Part shown: positions 14,300 to 28,004 of the stretch, piece by piece
How the letters are laid out: every line of letters starts with the position of its first letter
Position numbering within the stretch: position 1 is the stretch's first letter
Origin: Hypanus sabinus
Lineage: Eukaryota
DNA length: 64,000 nt
Direction: 5' to 3'
Assembly (NCBI RefSeq): GCF_030144855.1
Contig: NC_082731.1
Location: 24,118,001-24,182,000, forward strand
Notes under the pieces: model-generated
Seen by the model: only the letters and a program-made list of their open reading frames with translations
The model's database searches: none
What the model was told of the DNA's origin: nothing
Program-made: the position numbers and the translations under genes

Positions 14300-17200
14300 A
14301 AGGATCCGGCTGCTGCGATGGTATGCGTTTGGAAAGCAGCCGACTCACTTGTCTCTTCTGCGTGCAACTTTCAAGGTTTAGAAAGGGATTTCGGCACGAC
14401 GGAAGTGTAATGAAGCTTATTTCGGATTTTAGCAACATCTTTCAGCATAAATGGGAGAGGCATTCTGCCTCCAACTTTTCTGATAGACAGTCAGTTTCAA
14501 TCCTGCGGTGGAAAGGATCCTTTCATCTTGCTGAGTGGCGAAACGGCGTACAGACACGTGGTGTGATTCATTAAGAGACCGGTTTTCCCAAAGGATCAGT
14601 AACTGATCAGTAAGGATTAACTGATCAGGAAGATAAAAATTAGAGAAACGTGCTTGAGTAGCAGGAGGACTCTGTCAGCAGGGCACATTCCTCAGTAGAA
14701 GCCTCTGTTGCGAAACAGATCCCTGATGTCAGACAACGAGCTTTTTACAGGATTTCGTGAATCAGTTTCAAGCCGAGGTATGTCGGATGATATTGGTTGG
14801 AATCATCAAGACTGTTAAAGCCGACAGGGTGCCAATCCAACTGCTTGGACGTCCTAAGCAGATAGTAAACCGTCCCCTTGAAAAGGGGGGAGGCTAGTAT
14901 TTTCTGTATAACTGTGTTGAGAAGCAACATTTCAAGGGAGAATGCATATTACGTGAAAAACTTCAAAATGTCAATTAAAGGTTACTCAAACATAAGGACA
15001 AATCAGCGAACTTTGAAGAGACCAGCTAAGGGGACGTCCTGGTGTCTCGGGGGTCGTAGCGGGGTGTGCACGCTCCAACCAACTTGTCAAGGAAAATTGC
15101 AAGGTGCAAAACCCTTTTCCTGAAGGCGTAGTCGTCCCGGCTCCAGCTTACCCCTACAGATTGAACAAATTTATCATAGACCCACATTTGAAATCGATTT
15201 TCAATTTATTCTGACATGTAGATCATTCCGCAACAGATATTTCACATCAATCAGTGACATCACGCCTTACAGTGGAGCTTTGGGGATTTTATGGTTATGG
15301 CTACCACAATGAATGTTATTTGTCGTTGAAGCTGCAGGTCCCGAGGCAGACTTTGGAGTAACCGAAACCCTTGATATTTAACGTTGGACTGACCGGCATT
15401 CTTCTAGGAGCAGATATTCCTAACGTGAGGAGGCCGCTGGGAATCTGCAAGGAGAGAGTTGGAAAAGGTTTTCTTTAAAGCTTTTATATTAACCCGACGT
15501 ACAAATATACTTTGAGAAAGTGCAAGACCAGCTTCGGCAGGAGGATCAGCGGAAATTAGTAAATGGGCGGCACTTCCGGTACAAAACCTTCATATTGTGA
15601 CCTGTGGATGTAGTTAGAATGACAAACTGACGAGGCATCTGATATTTCACAGAAGGTCTAATGTGGACGCACTCTTCGTAGTCACATCTTTTTTTTGTGT
15701 GTGTGATAGTGACGCCGGGCGTTCCTTTGAGAAAACCAGGAGGGGACGATCCTTTGCATGAAAGAAGAATACAGTTTGTTCCTTCAACTTTAGTGACTCC
15801 CCGGTACCTGACGACTGGAAAGATAGAAGGATGGAAGCATGTTAAATTTCGAAAATGCCTTTTCTACTGAGGGGTTGATGGGCATTGTTTCAATTGTACT
15901 CCCCACAGCATCCGAGTGACAGAGGAGGTCGTTTTTTAGGTAAAACATAGAGAAGGGATGTTTGGCAGCTTCTGCTGTAACAGAAGGAAGCTGGCATTGT
16001 GACTGAGTCACGGAGACCCTGTTTCTCCCCGATAGATGTTGTCTCTAAGAGATACGTGACAATACGTATCGCCTGTTGAATCTCACGTATTGAACGGATC
16101 AGTACACTGCGGATTCAGGATTCGAAGGCCTACTAACGGGAGCGAAATTGTTTCTCGTGCGGGACTTAAGGAATGAGTATTATCGTATATCTATGGGTGA
16201 AGCTGACAAACAGAAAACGACATTTGTATGTGAAATTGGGATCTTCCATTTTCCAGGAATGCCCAGGGACATGTCGGGTGTACCAGCCTCGATCCCACGC
16301 ATCGTGGAGATGAAGGTGGACACATGAGCTAATGCACCTGGATGGTCACATATTGTCCGTGCCTAAACACAATGTGAGCGTGGCGAGTCTACTGAAGATG
16401 TTAGGCCGCCTGAAAACTGAATGGTTAAAACTGTAACCTTACAAGTGCCTGATCTGCAATATGTGCGTCAACTACTTTGGGCACTCAAGATACAAAGTAG
16501 ATACGGATCATTCCAATGCAGAAGCTAAGAAACACGTCCATAGCCAGGAATGTGAGTGTGTTAGTCAAGTTCCTTAAATTTTGAGGGTGCAGCTGGAAGG
16601 TCGTGCGGACTACCGCAATGTCAGCCACCCTTTGAATCAACCACTCTGCGTTTTCTTTGTTTGGGGAAGAAAGGGAGGAGGACAACAGTGGAAGATGACC
16701 AAGTTTATCTTTACTATTCTTAGCCTTTAGGAGCAGGATAGGGTGAAAAGTAGAAAAAATATCAAAATAAAAAGCCTTCTGGTTGCTGGAGGAGCCACTG
16801 CCGAGAGAAACTGTGCTGCTCTTGGCAGACCCGAAATTGTAGAATGCATTCCTTGCCGACTCCAGTCGACAGTTTTTAGGACGAGATCCATGTGAGAAAT
16901 TGGCATAGTTTTGCAAACTGTCGATTTCGTCACCTGCAACTTGCAGCCTCTGAGCGAAATTACTCCAAAGACAAACTGGTGTTTCTGTCATTGAGGTTGC
17001 TGGTAGTTGGGTGTTATCAATTTGGTGACAAGTTCGAGATCAGAAGCGACAACCAACCAGTCACTTATATCCTGACCTCGGGGAAATTCGATACCTCAGT
17101 CAATAATTTGTTGGCTACGTTGTTTGCCAGTGATATCAGTTTGACTACCGGCTGGGAAGCCGGGACATTGATACGAAGCCGTTGTTCTGACGTTCGCATG

Positions 17201-17470
17201 AAGGAGACGGAATGAAAAGGCTGTGTAGAACAGAGCTGTGCATCATTTGTAAGCTCCTTGTTACTGCATTTCACAAACTCACTGCAATTAGAATGCCCTG
17301 AGTTTGAAGTAGTGTGAATTGAGCACTGAAAAAGTGGCAGTATCTCCGGGATGTAACCCTTCTACAGTTACCATTTGCTCCACTCTTGCGAAATAGGATA
17401 TAACCCGGGTTAAAAGTCGAAACACTCTGCTATACCCCGACTGCTGAGAGAATGGAACAGACTCGAGTGG
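14300..17470 (+). mobile_element. Decayed Gypsy LTR-retrotransposon internal region (gag-pol)
   Basis: Frameshift-corrected CCHC knuckle FCYNCVEKQHFKGEC at about 14900. RT motif DKQKTTFVCEIGIFHFPGMPRDMSG at about 16200. RNase H motif KFEIRSDNQPVTYILTSGKFD at about 17030. Integrase KSKHSAIP (SRTTPYHP-like) at about 17410. Confidence 0.75.
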
Positions 17471-17989
17471 TGAATCACGTTTCTATAATTGGTCATGTCT
17501 GTTCTAGACATGACTTATCTTTCCTACCTTCCTTGAGCTCGATTGTTTACAAGTCGCCCAATGATGCTTAACAATCATTAAGGGGATTGGGATCTCTCCT
17601 GTATATTTCAGCTTTACATATGGCCATGCATCCATGAGACAGAATGGAGTATTTTCCGTTTTCTCTTTGTAATTTCTCTGCCGTAATAGGGAGGCATTCA
17701 TTTTGTGTTAAGGAGAATGATTCAATAACACTGATTTCCTTTGCAATTGTTTTAGCTATATTCTTTTACAAGTGTAAAGGAGACATTCATTATCATGAAT
17801 AGCGACACAAGTCGTTGATGATCAATAATCAGCGTAAACATAAGCACTGGTTAGTGTTTTTTTTTTAATGTTATACCATTTTCAATGCCGCTCTAACAAC
17901 CTGTGCCAATCTTTGAAGCAGTATGAGAACGTCATGTCAGGTCTATTTTACCTTCATTCCATAACGCATTGTTTGTGATATGACTTACG

Positions 17990-18775
17990 TAGAAAGAAAT
18001 AAATCACAGACAAGCCTGATGGGACGGAATGATTCGAAGAGTCTGCATACAGTGAGTGCCTCTTTTGTTGTGAAAAAAGAGATAATAAGTGATTTGAAAG
18101 TGAGAGGGGGAGTGGAAGAACCAAAATGATAGGAGAAGAGAGTTGGGGGAGTGATGAAGCCATGAGCTCGGACGTTGATGGAAGAAAGGGACACAGGGAC
18201 TGCAGAATGAGGAGAATCATGGGACAGAAGAACTTGGAAGAAAGAAGGGGGCGGGCAGCACCAGAGGATGATGGGGAACCAACAGGGAGTTATTGTCAGA
18301 GCGAAAGAAAGGGGGAAATAAATAAATCAATACATACCTACATACATATGTAGTGATGGTAAGAAGGGGAGGAGGGGCAATAACGTAATTTACTGTAAAT
18401 GTTCATGCCATCAGGTCCTATGTTTCTGATGGATTAAAGGGTTTTGTTCCTCCAACCTGAAGGTGTATTTATGTCGAAGGCAGCGGAAGCCCCGGATTGA
18501 CATATCGGAATGGGAGTGGGACATTGGATTAAAATATGTGGCCTCGGAGCGACCCGGCTTCCTCTGGCGGTCAGACGGTAGATGTTCAGTGAAGCAATCT
18601 CCCAATCTGCGTCAGGTCTCACCAATATATAGAAGGCCACACCGGGAGCTTGGGACACTGGATATCACACCAGCAGACTCATAGGTGAAATGTCGCCTTA
18701 CCTGGTAGGAATGTCTCGGGCCCTAACTGGTTGCGAGGGAGGAAGTGTAAGGGCAGGTGTAGCACTGGATACAGT
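17990..18775 (-). mobile_element. Penelope-like element, inverted 3' arm (GIY-YIG region and terminus)
   Basis: Reverse complement is collinear with 20210-20900 (ATYFNPMSHSHSDMSI..RLEEQN versus ATHFNPTSH..SEMSI..RLEDHHL). Confidence 0.75.
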
Positions 18776-18829
18776 TTATCTCCTGATGTCAATCTCTGAA
18801 GACAGTTTATCTGCTGATGTCATTTCCTT

Positions 18830-20930
18830 GATCACTCCGTCTTTCTCTCTGGCGACAGCTTCTCCACTGTTTTCAACTGCAGCCGAGGCACAGCGAAAAC
18901 TCACTGATAGCTACTCTTATTAAGCACACGAGCATGACCCCACTAAGGAGCACCAGGCCATTTTCTCCCACATCATCTCCGACCTTATCAGCTCTGGTGA
19001 TCTCCCATCCACAGCCACCAAACTCATAGTTCCCACACTCCGCACTTCCCGTCTCTACATCCTACCCAAGATCCAGAAACCGGCTTCTCCAGGTATACCC
19101 ATTGTTTCTGCTTGCAGCTCCTCTACCTACCTCATTTCTGCATACCTCTTGCTCAATCACTTCCCACCTATATCCGTGACACTTGTCATGCTCTGGCTTT
19201 TATTTTCAATAATTTCAGTTTCCCTGGCTCCATATCGTTCTATTTTCATCATGGGTGTCCATATCGTCTATACCTCCTCACCCCACCTGGTAGGTCTCAC
19301 AGCTCTCCGTTTATTCTTGGATTCCAGACCAAACCTGTTTATTTCTACCACCACCCTCCACCGTCTACAGAAATTTGTCCTTGCTCATAATATTTTTTTT
19401 TCCTTTTGCTCGCCCCACTTTATTCAAACTAAAGGTTTATCCTTGGGCCCCCGTATGTGTCCCAGGTAAGCATGCCTTTTCCTTGGCTATGTGAAACAGT
19501 CCATTTTCCAGGCCCATGCAGGTATTCGTCCCCCACCTTTCCTTCGCTACATCAAGGACTGCATTGGCGCTTATTCTTTACGCATGCTGAGCTCGTTGAC
19601 TCAACAGGTTTGCCTCGAATTTCCACCATGCCCTCAAATTTAGCTGTACCATTTCCAAAACATCCCTCCTCCCCTGATGTCTCCCTCTCTGCATCTGGAA
19701 ACAGTTTATCTACTGATGTCTTCTATCAGCCCACGGACTCGCAAAGCTACATGGTTAATTCCTCTTACCACACTGTTACTTGTAGAAATGACATCCACTT
19801 TTCTGAATTACTTCATCTCCACAGCATCTGCTCTCAGAATGAGGTTTTTCATTCCTGGACGTAGCAGATCCTCTTGTTCTTTTTTTTAAAGAATGGGGCT
19901 TCTCTTTCTCCACCATCAAATCCGCCCTCAAACGCATTTCTCCCATCTCACCCACATCTGTTCTTACCCCATCCTCCCGCCACCCCACTAGGGATAGTGT
20001 TCCTTCTGCCCGCACCTACCACCCCGCCAGTCTCCGTGTCCAATAAAAATTTCTCCGGAACTTCAACTGGTTCCTACCAACAAGGACCACTTTTCCGACA
20101 CACCCCTAGTTTCGGCTTTCCGTCAGGATCAATCCCTAAACAACTCCCTTGTCCATTCGTTCCCCTCCCCATCACTTCCCAGCGACCTACCTCCTGGCAC
20201 TTATCCTTATAAGCGGAACAGGTGGACACCCGGTCTTTCACTTCCTCTTTCAATACCATTCAGGGCCCCAGGTAGTACTTCCAGCTGAGGCGACCCTTCA
20301 CCTGTGAGCATGCTGGAGTGATATAATGTGTCCGTTCTCCCGGTATGGACTTCTATATATTGCTAAGACCCAACACATTGCGAGACCGCTTCGATTAATA
20401 ACTACGTGCTGTCCGCCAGAAGAATCAGGATCGCCCAGCAGCCACACATTTTAATCCAACGTCCCATTTACATTCGGAGATGTCAATCCATGGCCAGCTA
20501 TGCTTTCGACGTGAAACCGCAATCCGGTTGGAGGATCATCACCTTATTATCCGTCTGGGTAGCTTCCAACCAGATGGCACGAACATTGATTTCGGGAACT
20601 TCCGTTACTGCCCCTCCATAGCTTCTTACCCCATTTCTAATTTATCACATTTATTTACTTGTCTACTTNNNNNNNNNNNNNNNNNNNNNNNNNNNNNNNN
20701 NNNNNNNNNNNNNNNNNNNNNNNNNNNNNNNNNNNNNNNNNNNNNNNNNNNNNNNNNNNNNNNNNNNNNNNNNNNNNNNNNNNNNNNNNNNNNNNNTTTT
20801 CTTACCTTTTTCCCTCTCCAATAACTTGTGGACTGGTTTCCGATCTCCTCTGCTGCTGAATTCCCCCTTTCTTTCTTCCAAGGCCTTCCGTCATAAGATA
20901 CTCCCCCTTCTCCAGCATTTCAGGCGTGCC
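18830..20930 (+). mobile_element. Penelope-like retroelement (RT + GIY-YIG endonuclease), degenerate
   Basis: DPTKEHQAIFSHIISDLISSGDLPSTATKLIVPTLRTSRLYILPKIQKP (RT N-terminus); GLSLGPRM; GLLYIAKTQ (GIY-YIG-like) at about 20350; LIIRLGSFQPDGTNIDF C-terminus. Confidence 0.85.
20669..20796. other. Sequence gap, 128 N
   Basis: Run of N in the sequence. Confidence 0.99.
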
Positions 20931-21267
20931 TGGTATGCGATGAGAATATTGAACCTGTGTAGTCACGGTCGTAGCGAAGGCGAGGCCTTAGGTAAATGCT
21001 GATCATACATTCACGAATAGCATTGCACATTTTATTGATGACAAGGGAAAATACAAATCAGTAACCCACACTTCAATAGAATGGTGCTTTTGGAGGTGTT
21101 TTGTCGTGACAGGATTTATGATATGTGAAAATCATTGGGGATTGTAACCTTGTATTTGGGATTGGAAGTTCAAGTCCTACTGGTCTAATTGAACTCTTTG
21201 AGTAAGTAGCAAATGAGCTTATTGAAAAGAGAACAATTGATGCAGTACTATTGAATCTTAGTAAGAT

Positions 21268-21995
21268 TTTATTTCCCTGAAGGCATTCATTAAACTGATC
21301 ATTTTTGACTATTAAATAACTTGTTTGTAACTAATTTCTAGTTAATGTTTAAATTTAATAACCAGGTTACAGTTTAACAAAAGTTAAAATTCATTGTCTA
21401 TGGTACATCACGGAATGTGATGACGTTACCTCCGTGTTCGGCGCGTTTTTGGTTAACTTCCGGTTCGGAGACTAAGAACAGGTGGTATCCCTACCTTGCA
21501 GCATGAACGTGAAAAGCTCCATGTCTACCCACAAATCAACATTGTAGAAGCAGCGTTGTAACTTCAAATGATTGTAGACATGCTAAAGTAAACTTATTAA
21601 CGCGGATTCTCTCAAAGGATACGACATTTGATGATGTTTATTACCTTGTGCCATTGAAAGGATTGCTAGAAAAATGGTGTTGCATTCTATCTAAAACCGT
21701 TGATGGTCAGTTCTCTGCATAGATGCTTAAGCAGATTCTGCCTATATGTTGTACTTTTGACGAAACGCCTTTGTAATACACTTTGTTATAGTTTTATTTT
21801 ATCAATTGTTTACGATGCAAATGTTGTCTTAAGAATGAAACAGACACTGAATATGTTTGCATTATTTTATCAACAGTTTTCACCATACGAAGTTAATAAT
21901 AAATAGTAAATGGTTAACCTTACTACGACTCTGTCTTCATTGGCTCTGGTTTAACTTTGCGTTCAGTCAGTGTTTCAATACATTGCACGAGAACA
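21268..21995 (+). mobile_element. BEL/Pao-type 5' LTR
   Basis: About 730 bp, ends TGCACGAGAACA directly before the gag-pol relic; collinear homology with 27302-28004. Confidence 0.7.
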
Positions 21996-22049
21996 TTTCA
22001 GTGAAAAGGTGGAATTATTAGACGTTTCGACAAGTGGTACGATGACTTC

Positions 22050-24580
22050 GCGATCGAGGTCGTTTCTATCCGGCGCCAAGAACAGTAGCACGTGGCTGCC
22101 CCTGCAAAATCTAAATCTGAAGCTGCCAAGGTGCGAGTGTCCTACGCTAACCCAGAAGCTAAAATGAAAATGGAAAAGGCTGCTAGAGAAGCGGAAAATC
22201 AGTTGGAAAAGGCAAGGAAAGATGCAAAGTTAGAAGGGCTGTTCCTGCAACGAGAAGCTTTTGCAGCCGCAGTGGAAGCACAAGTGTTGCAAAACGATGA
22301 AGAAATGATCGTTCTAGATGAAACATTAAAACCTCTATCAGAAAGGGACGTATCAGAACACAGCAGCGAATATGTCCAATCTCAAATTGACATGCGGATT
22401 ATTTCTCCCTCTCCGTACCTGCATTTTGGCGTCCCATCTCATGTAAAATCAGAGGGAAACTTCGTTGCATCGAATACAACTGAGGAAGACAACTCACAAT
22501 CTCAACCCTGCAAGAAACTGAGGTCTGAAAGGGCTGACTACAAATACTTCCCGACACCAAATTTAACGGATCTGGCGAAAGCAGAGGCAAAGGCCAAACT
22601 CGGAGCATCAAATCGCATCATGAGCGTACAAGCTGGAAACATTTCCTAGGGTGTCAGCCAAAGAACACACTAAAGCAGGAGAACTCGGAGTTTCTCTCAC
22701 GAGGACTGAAGGTGCTATAGAAGACGAAAATTTAACTGGCCTGTTTTATCCGGAGACATCACGTAGAATTGGACCAATTTTGGACAAGCTTCCATTTGGG
22801 CTGCAGGAAAGGTGGGTTTCTATTGTCTCAGTCTACAAGGAAAGGACGGCGGTCGATTCCCTCCCATTGAGTATTTTAGTAGGTTTGTGTGCAATGAGAC
22901 GAGGAAACGAAATGACCCTAGCTACATCAAGCAAGATAGCACCACAACACACACCAAGCCAGTCAAATCAGTTTTGAACAATTTTGTCATCAATACACCC
23001 GTCTCAGTGTATAAAATCGAAGTCTCCACAAACAGCGATGACCCGAGCAAGAAACGTCCATTGGACAGTAAACTCCACCCCCCTCAAAATGCAGAGAATG
23101 TTCAGAAACTATCCTATTGAAGAAAGAAAGGCCCTTCTAAAGGGAAAATGTTTTGAGTGCTGTTCCTCGACCTTTCACCTCGCCAAAGAGTGTACCTTCC
23201 CTGAAAAATGCTCAGATTGCAACAACACTAATTGCGATGGGGCCATGCATCTCAGTCCGTCACTAAAAATTGTAAAGGCTCCATCATTCTCACAAGTGGA
23301 CTCTGGGGAGGGAGAGGATCGCTGCGATACAACTATTGGCAGCTAGGGATGCACAGCAGTTTGCTGTCCAGGTCAGTTAACCCGATTTTGGTCAAAGATC
23401 TAACTCACTAAGGTATACCCTGAGGGAGCCAAATGCAAGGCCATTACAGACTATGTAACCCTAGAGAACCAGAGCAGCCTCTCACTAGTTAGACCAGAAT
23501 TTTTTCGAGTAGTTTAGAAGAGTGTATCCATTCCCATACTAGGTCGGAACATCCTCTGGGATCACAGAATCATGTTTCAAGAAAGCAGAAGGGTTCCAGT
23601 TCGAGTCGCTGGCCGGCAAAGTTGTCATCTGTCTCTCTGCATTCTTAGATTGCAACGAGAGCTTGAATAACCGATCCGAGATTCCGACGCCAAGCGTATT
23701 GGTACGCCATCCCCACTCTGCCACATTGCAAACATAGCCCAGAACTGGATCCAGAATCTGAAATACTCCGGCCACTCGGTAGAGACGTTCTTAGCGTGCA
23801 CGAAGTCAGGCAGCTGGTCAATGAATCACACCACGCCCACTTTTCCCATCGTCCGGATCTGGGCTGCCTAGTGATAGGGGAAGTGGACCTTGTCAAAGTA
23901 CACAAACAGACAGTTAACACGCACAGAACTAAGGTGCTGGATTTTGGCCGCCATTCAAATTTTCAGCCTTGCAGAAGCGTTATGTGTATCAAGGATGCAC
24001 AGCAAAAAACAAAAAAAAACATAGAGTAACTGAGAAGACATTTAGACAGTCAGTCTTCGCTCAAAGTGAGTACGACAATAAACTTGCTCCATCAGTGGAA
24101 AACACCATCTGCTTAAAAATAATGGACACTAAGGTCTTTAGAGACGAAGCAAACAATGGGGTCGCCCCACTACCGTTCAGAGAGCCATGCCGACGTTTGC
24201 CATTCAACACCGAGTAGGCTGTCATGGAGGCCTTCACACCTGATGACTGTGCTCCAGCGATTAAGGACCTAGATCAGAGGTGGAGAAACGATGCTCACTC
24301 AAGAAGTTTGGGTTACCTTTGGGTGATCAGGATCGACACATTCACGTCCTCCGTGCCGACCACCAACAAACCAATCACCCGCCGTGGAGTTCTCTCCACT
24401 CTCAACAGTGTTTTTGAACCCTTGGGACTACTGCGGCCGGTTACGATCCAGGGAAGAGACATCCTCAGAGAGCTTATCTCCGAGCTCTCCGACTGGGATA
24501 CTACGCTACCAGAAGATGATCTAAGCAGATAGGAAGCTTGGCCAGGTTCACTTCAAGACCTACGACAGCTTCATGTCCAT
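22050..24580 (+). mobile_element. BEL/Pao LTR-retrotransposon internal region with RT core and integrase deleted
   Basis: Gag (LDKLPFGLQERW; FPPIEYFSRFV; CFECCSSTFHLAKEC..CSDCNNTNCDGAMH knuckles). Protease relic. PLPFREP...LPFN is joined directly to VMEAFTPDD. Pao RNase-H-adjacent motif ITRRGVLSTLNSVFEPLGLLRPVTIQGRDILRELISELSDWDTTLP. Confidence 0.85.
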
Positions 24581-25110
24581 ATCGTGTTCCCCGCTCTCTG
24601 AAACCAGCCAGCGCAATAAAACGCAAACACGAGGAAACCTCGATTGGTCATGACAAGGAAGAACGAGCAAAATAATTTGAGAACCTCGTATCCAGTTTAA
24701 AGGAAATTGGTGAAATTGTCCATATTTACATGAATTTAAAAAAAAGACACCGGGATACGCTCACTGGTAGGATTTTTGCACTGTGTTGATGATGCTATCA
24801 GTGTCCGTTGAAAAAATAGATTGCGCCAGCAGATTACTGCTGCATGCAAGCATGGAGGTGACCTGTAAGTTGTAGGTGGCCCCATCACACGACGGATGTG
24901 GAAGTTCAACATGGAGACACTGGACTGGGAATAATGCACATCACTGCTAAGTGATGGTCTTCAGCACACGCTTGTCTCTGTCCCGAGTGAAGATGTAATT
25001 TATTCAGTGGGTGGGAAAAACCTTCGCGATACACCTTCCATACAACACTCTATTATGTGTTTTGTGATAATATGTGGATTGAAACTACTGAGCTGGAGAC
25101 TGTAGTCTAT

Positions 25111-26663
25111 TGTGTTGCAGCTATTATCGTCAATGGAACTATCTGTCTATTGGGTAAGGAGGAGAATGATCTGGACTTCTGCTCTATACTGGCATGATCT
25201 GATCCGTGAAATCCGCATTCGGGTTCATGGTCCGGTCCATCCATTCTTACTCCGGATTTTCCTGTTTTCACAGTTTCCATTCTGTGCCTTAATTGAGGCA
25301 CCTGATGCTCGTTTTGTGCTGTCTCCATAATTAACTTCGGAATTCAGCTTCAGGCTGTTGGACTGTTCCCTTCCGTTTCCTTCCTTCTGAAGCCTTGCCT
25401 GGTACCTACGCCTGAAGTCCTGCCTGCTAGCAGTTCCTCGCCCAGAAGAGGAGTGCCTCACCCAGCCTAGGAGTGCTTCACGCAGCTTTGGAGTGCGAGG
25501 CCCAGCCCCGGTGTACCTCGCCCAGCCCGGTGCTCGAGATTCATCGTCCAGAGCTGGGTCGTCCCCATCCATGCCCTCTGCAGTTTACCTCGGCAAGTAC
25601 ACTAGACAACATCCCGGCCCTGCGTCTTAGACAGCACACCGGCGCTGCGCCTAAGAAACGGTCACAGTCCTGCGTCTTGGAAAGTGGCCAGGACCAGCTC
25701 CGTACTCAGAGTGTCACCAACCCTCGAAGAGCCGAGATAAATCTAGTTCAAGAGCCATGCTGTGTGCTAGTGATACCTCGCCAAGACCGGTGCTGGAGAT
25801 CCCTCGTCCTTTCCTGGTGTCCTGTCGAAGCCATGTCCAAGAACCACGTCCAGTCCGAAGCCTGTATTTGTGTTCTCCACCTGTCCATGTGTCTCGTCCG
25901 GTCCTGTAGCCAGACCATGACCTGTAGCCACTTCATTTCCTAATCTAAAGCCGGGTTCCTGTTCCGAGTCATGACCGGGGTTCCTAGTTCCAACCAAGAC
26001 ATAGGTTCCGTGTCGTTGCCCTGACTCTGTTCTGCAGTACTGTGTTCCCTGACCAATTTTGAGTTTCGTGTCCTCAACCAGTTCTGGTGTCTCTTCCAGT
26101 CCATGTGCGTCACCCAGCCCAGGAGTACCTCGCCCAGCCCGGTCCTGGAGATTTCCTACAATCGTCCTACACTGGAGATTTCTCCTCCAGTCCAAGCCAC
26201 GTCCAAGAACCTCGTCCTGTCCAAGGCAAGTGCCTGAGTCTCGTCTTGTCCAAGTCACGGCTTTGTGTTCCCGTCCAGTCGATGTGCGTCGTACTAGAGT
26301 TCAACGTCCATTCCGGTAGCCTTGCCACGTCTAGTCCAGTAGCCACGTCTTGTCCTTGCCTAGAGCCGGGTTCAGACCCCGAGTAGTGAAGACCGAGGTT
26401 CCATGTCCCAGTCCAGTCTCTGGCCAGGTGTCCCAGTACAGGCACCTAATTCCTAGTTTCTTGTCGTGGTCCCGCGTTCCTCATCTTATTCGTAGCCCTG
26501 GCCCTGAATCCTAGTCTTTTCCTGGTCCTGTGTTTCAATGTCCATCGTCGTCGTTTCTTCATAATTCACTTTGCTATCTCTAAAAACCACGTTTTGTTTC
26601 TAACACTTCAGTGTCTGTGTTTTGCATTTGGGTCCTCTACATCGACACCCAGCTTGAAACACA
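25111..26663 (+). mobile_element. Probable solo LTR with internal degenerate tandem repeats
   Basis: TGTGTTGC start and GAAACACA end (inverted). The interior has recurring CCTCGCCCAGCCCGGT.CTGGAGAT and GTCCAAG blocks at about 25515, 25775 and 26125. No TSD recognised. Confidence 0.55.
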
Positions 26664-27301
26664 AAACATCTCGTCTCATTCAGTATTTTGACACTCGTTC
26701 CAGGACATTCCATTTAAAGTCATATCTCCTCCCTTTTGCAGGCCGTATGCATGCTACTATTCACCAAGTCCTCATTTTATAGTAGCTGAGGGAGATTATC
26801 TGCTATGTTACAATCCACTGCTCAACAGATTCACCAGACTGCTCTTCCAAGAGATTTGGAATCGTGTGCCCTCCCTGTGGAAGATTGCCAGCTGCAACGG
26901 TGCATTTCTGTTTTCAGAGATAATTATAAAAAGGGGGATGCCAAATCATTAAAACAGGAACCAGCAAATCAGTAGTATCAGTGGTAAGTGAGGTTGAGTT
27001 ATTGCTGAAAAATTGTTTTGGCGTGATTCTAACCAAATAGAGAAAACTGCAGTTTTTAGGTCTTAATTTGTTGAATGCACAAAGTTATTTTTTTATTAAA
27101 CTCCTGCAGATGACAACAAAATTTTACTACGATGTTTGTTTTCTAAGATATTAATTGACCTAAAGAATCTGAAACTATTGTCATGTTCTATTCTAGACCG
27201 AGACTAGATGCAGAGATCGTTTTACTTCTACCTAAAGACTGGTCTAGAGAATAACGTTCTATACCATTTTCATTGTGACCTCACAAATATCAGGTCTGGA
27301 G

Positions 27302-28004
27302 TGTATTGCCGTTAAGGCATTTATTTAACTTTATTAATTTTCCTCTTTAATTAATTTGTTTGAAACTTTTTACTAGTAACAGTTAAAGGGTGATATGCAC
27401 TTTATAGTTCAACAAAAGTTAAAGTTCATTGTCTATGGTAATTCGCGGCGCTTGTGACGTCACTCACCGTTTCGCCCTGACTTGTCTGTAGCTTCCGGTC
27501 CCACCGCGTACAGCATGAACGTGAATTGATCCATGTGTGCCCACATAGAAACATTATAGAAGCAACGACGTAAGTTCATTTGACAGTAAAGATCGTGTAG
27601 TACATATATTAACGCGGATTCTGCTAAAAGAAAAGACGGTTAATGAGGTTTATTTTCTTTTGGCATTGAAAGCATTGCTGGAAACATTACAGTCTTCCCA
27701 AAACCGTTGAAGATCAATACAATGCATAGATTCTTAAGTAATTCTGCCTATACATTGTAACATCGATCAGACTCCTTTGTAATATAGTTTGCTTTAGTTT
27801 TACTTTTACCGTATTTGCGATGCAATGTGGTCTCAAGAATAAAACAGATACAGTATGTGTTTGTGTTACTCTATCAACAGTTATCAACATACTATGTTGA
27901 TGAGTAAGAGTGAACTATACACGGTTAACCTTGCTACGACGGTGTCTTCATTGGCTCCGTTTAACTTGGTGTATAGTCAGAAATTCTACTCACTGCACGA
28001 GAAC
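27302..28004 (+). mobile_element. BEL/Pao-type LTR (second copy)
   Basis: Collinear with 21268-21995 (e.g. CAAAAGTTAAA.TTCATTGTCTATGGTA; CAGCATGAACGTGAA; TATTAACGCGGATTCT; TGCACGAGAAC). Starts TGT; visibly diverged. Confidence 0.7.
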
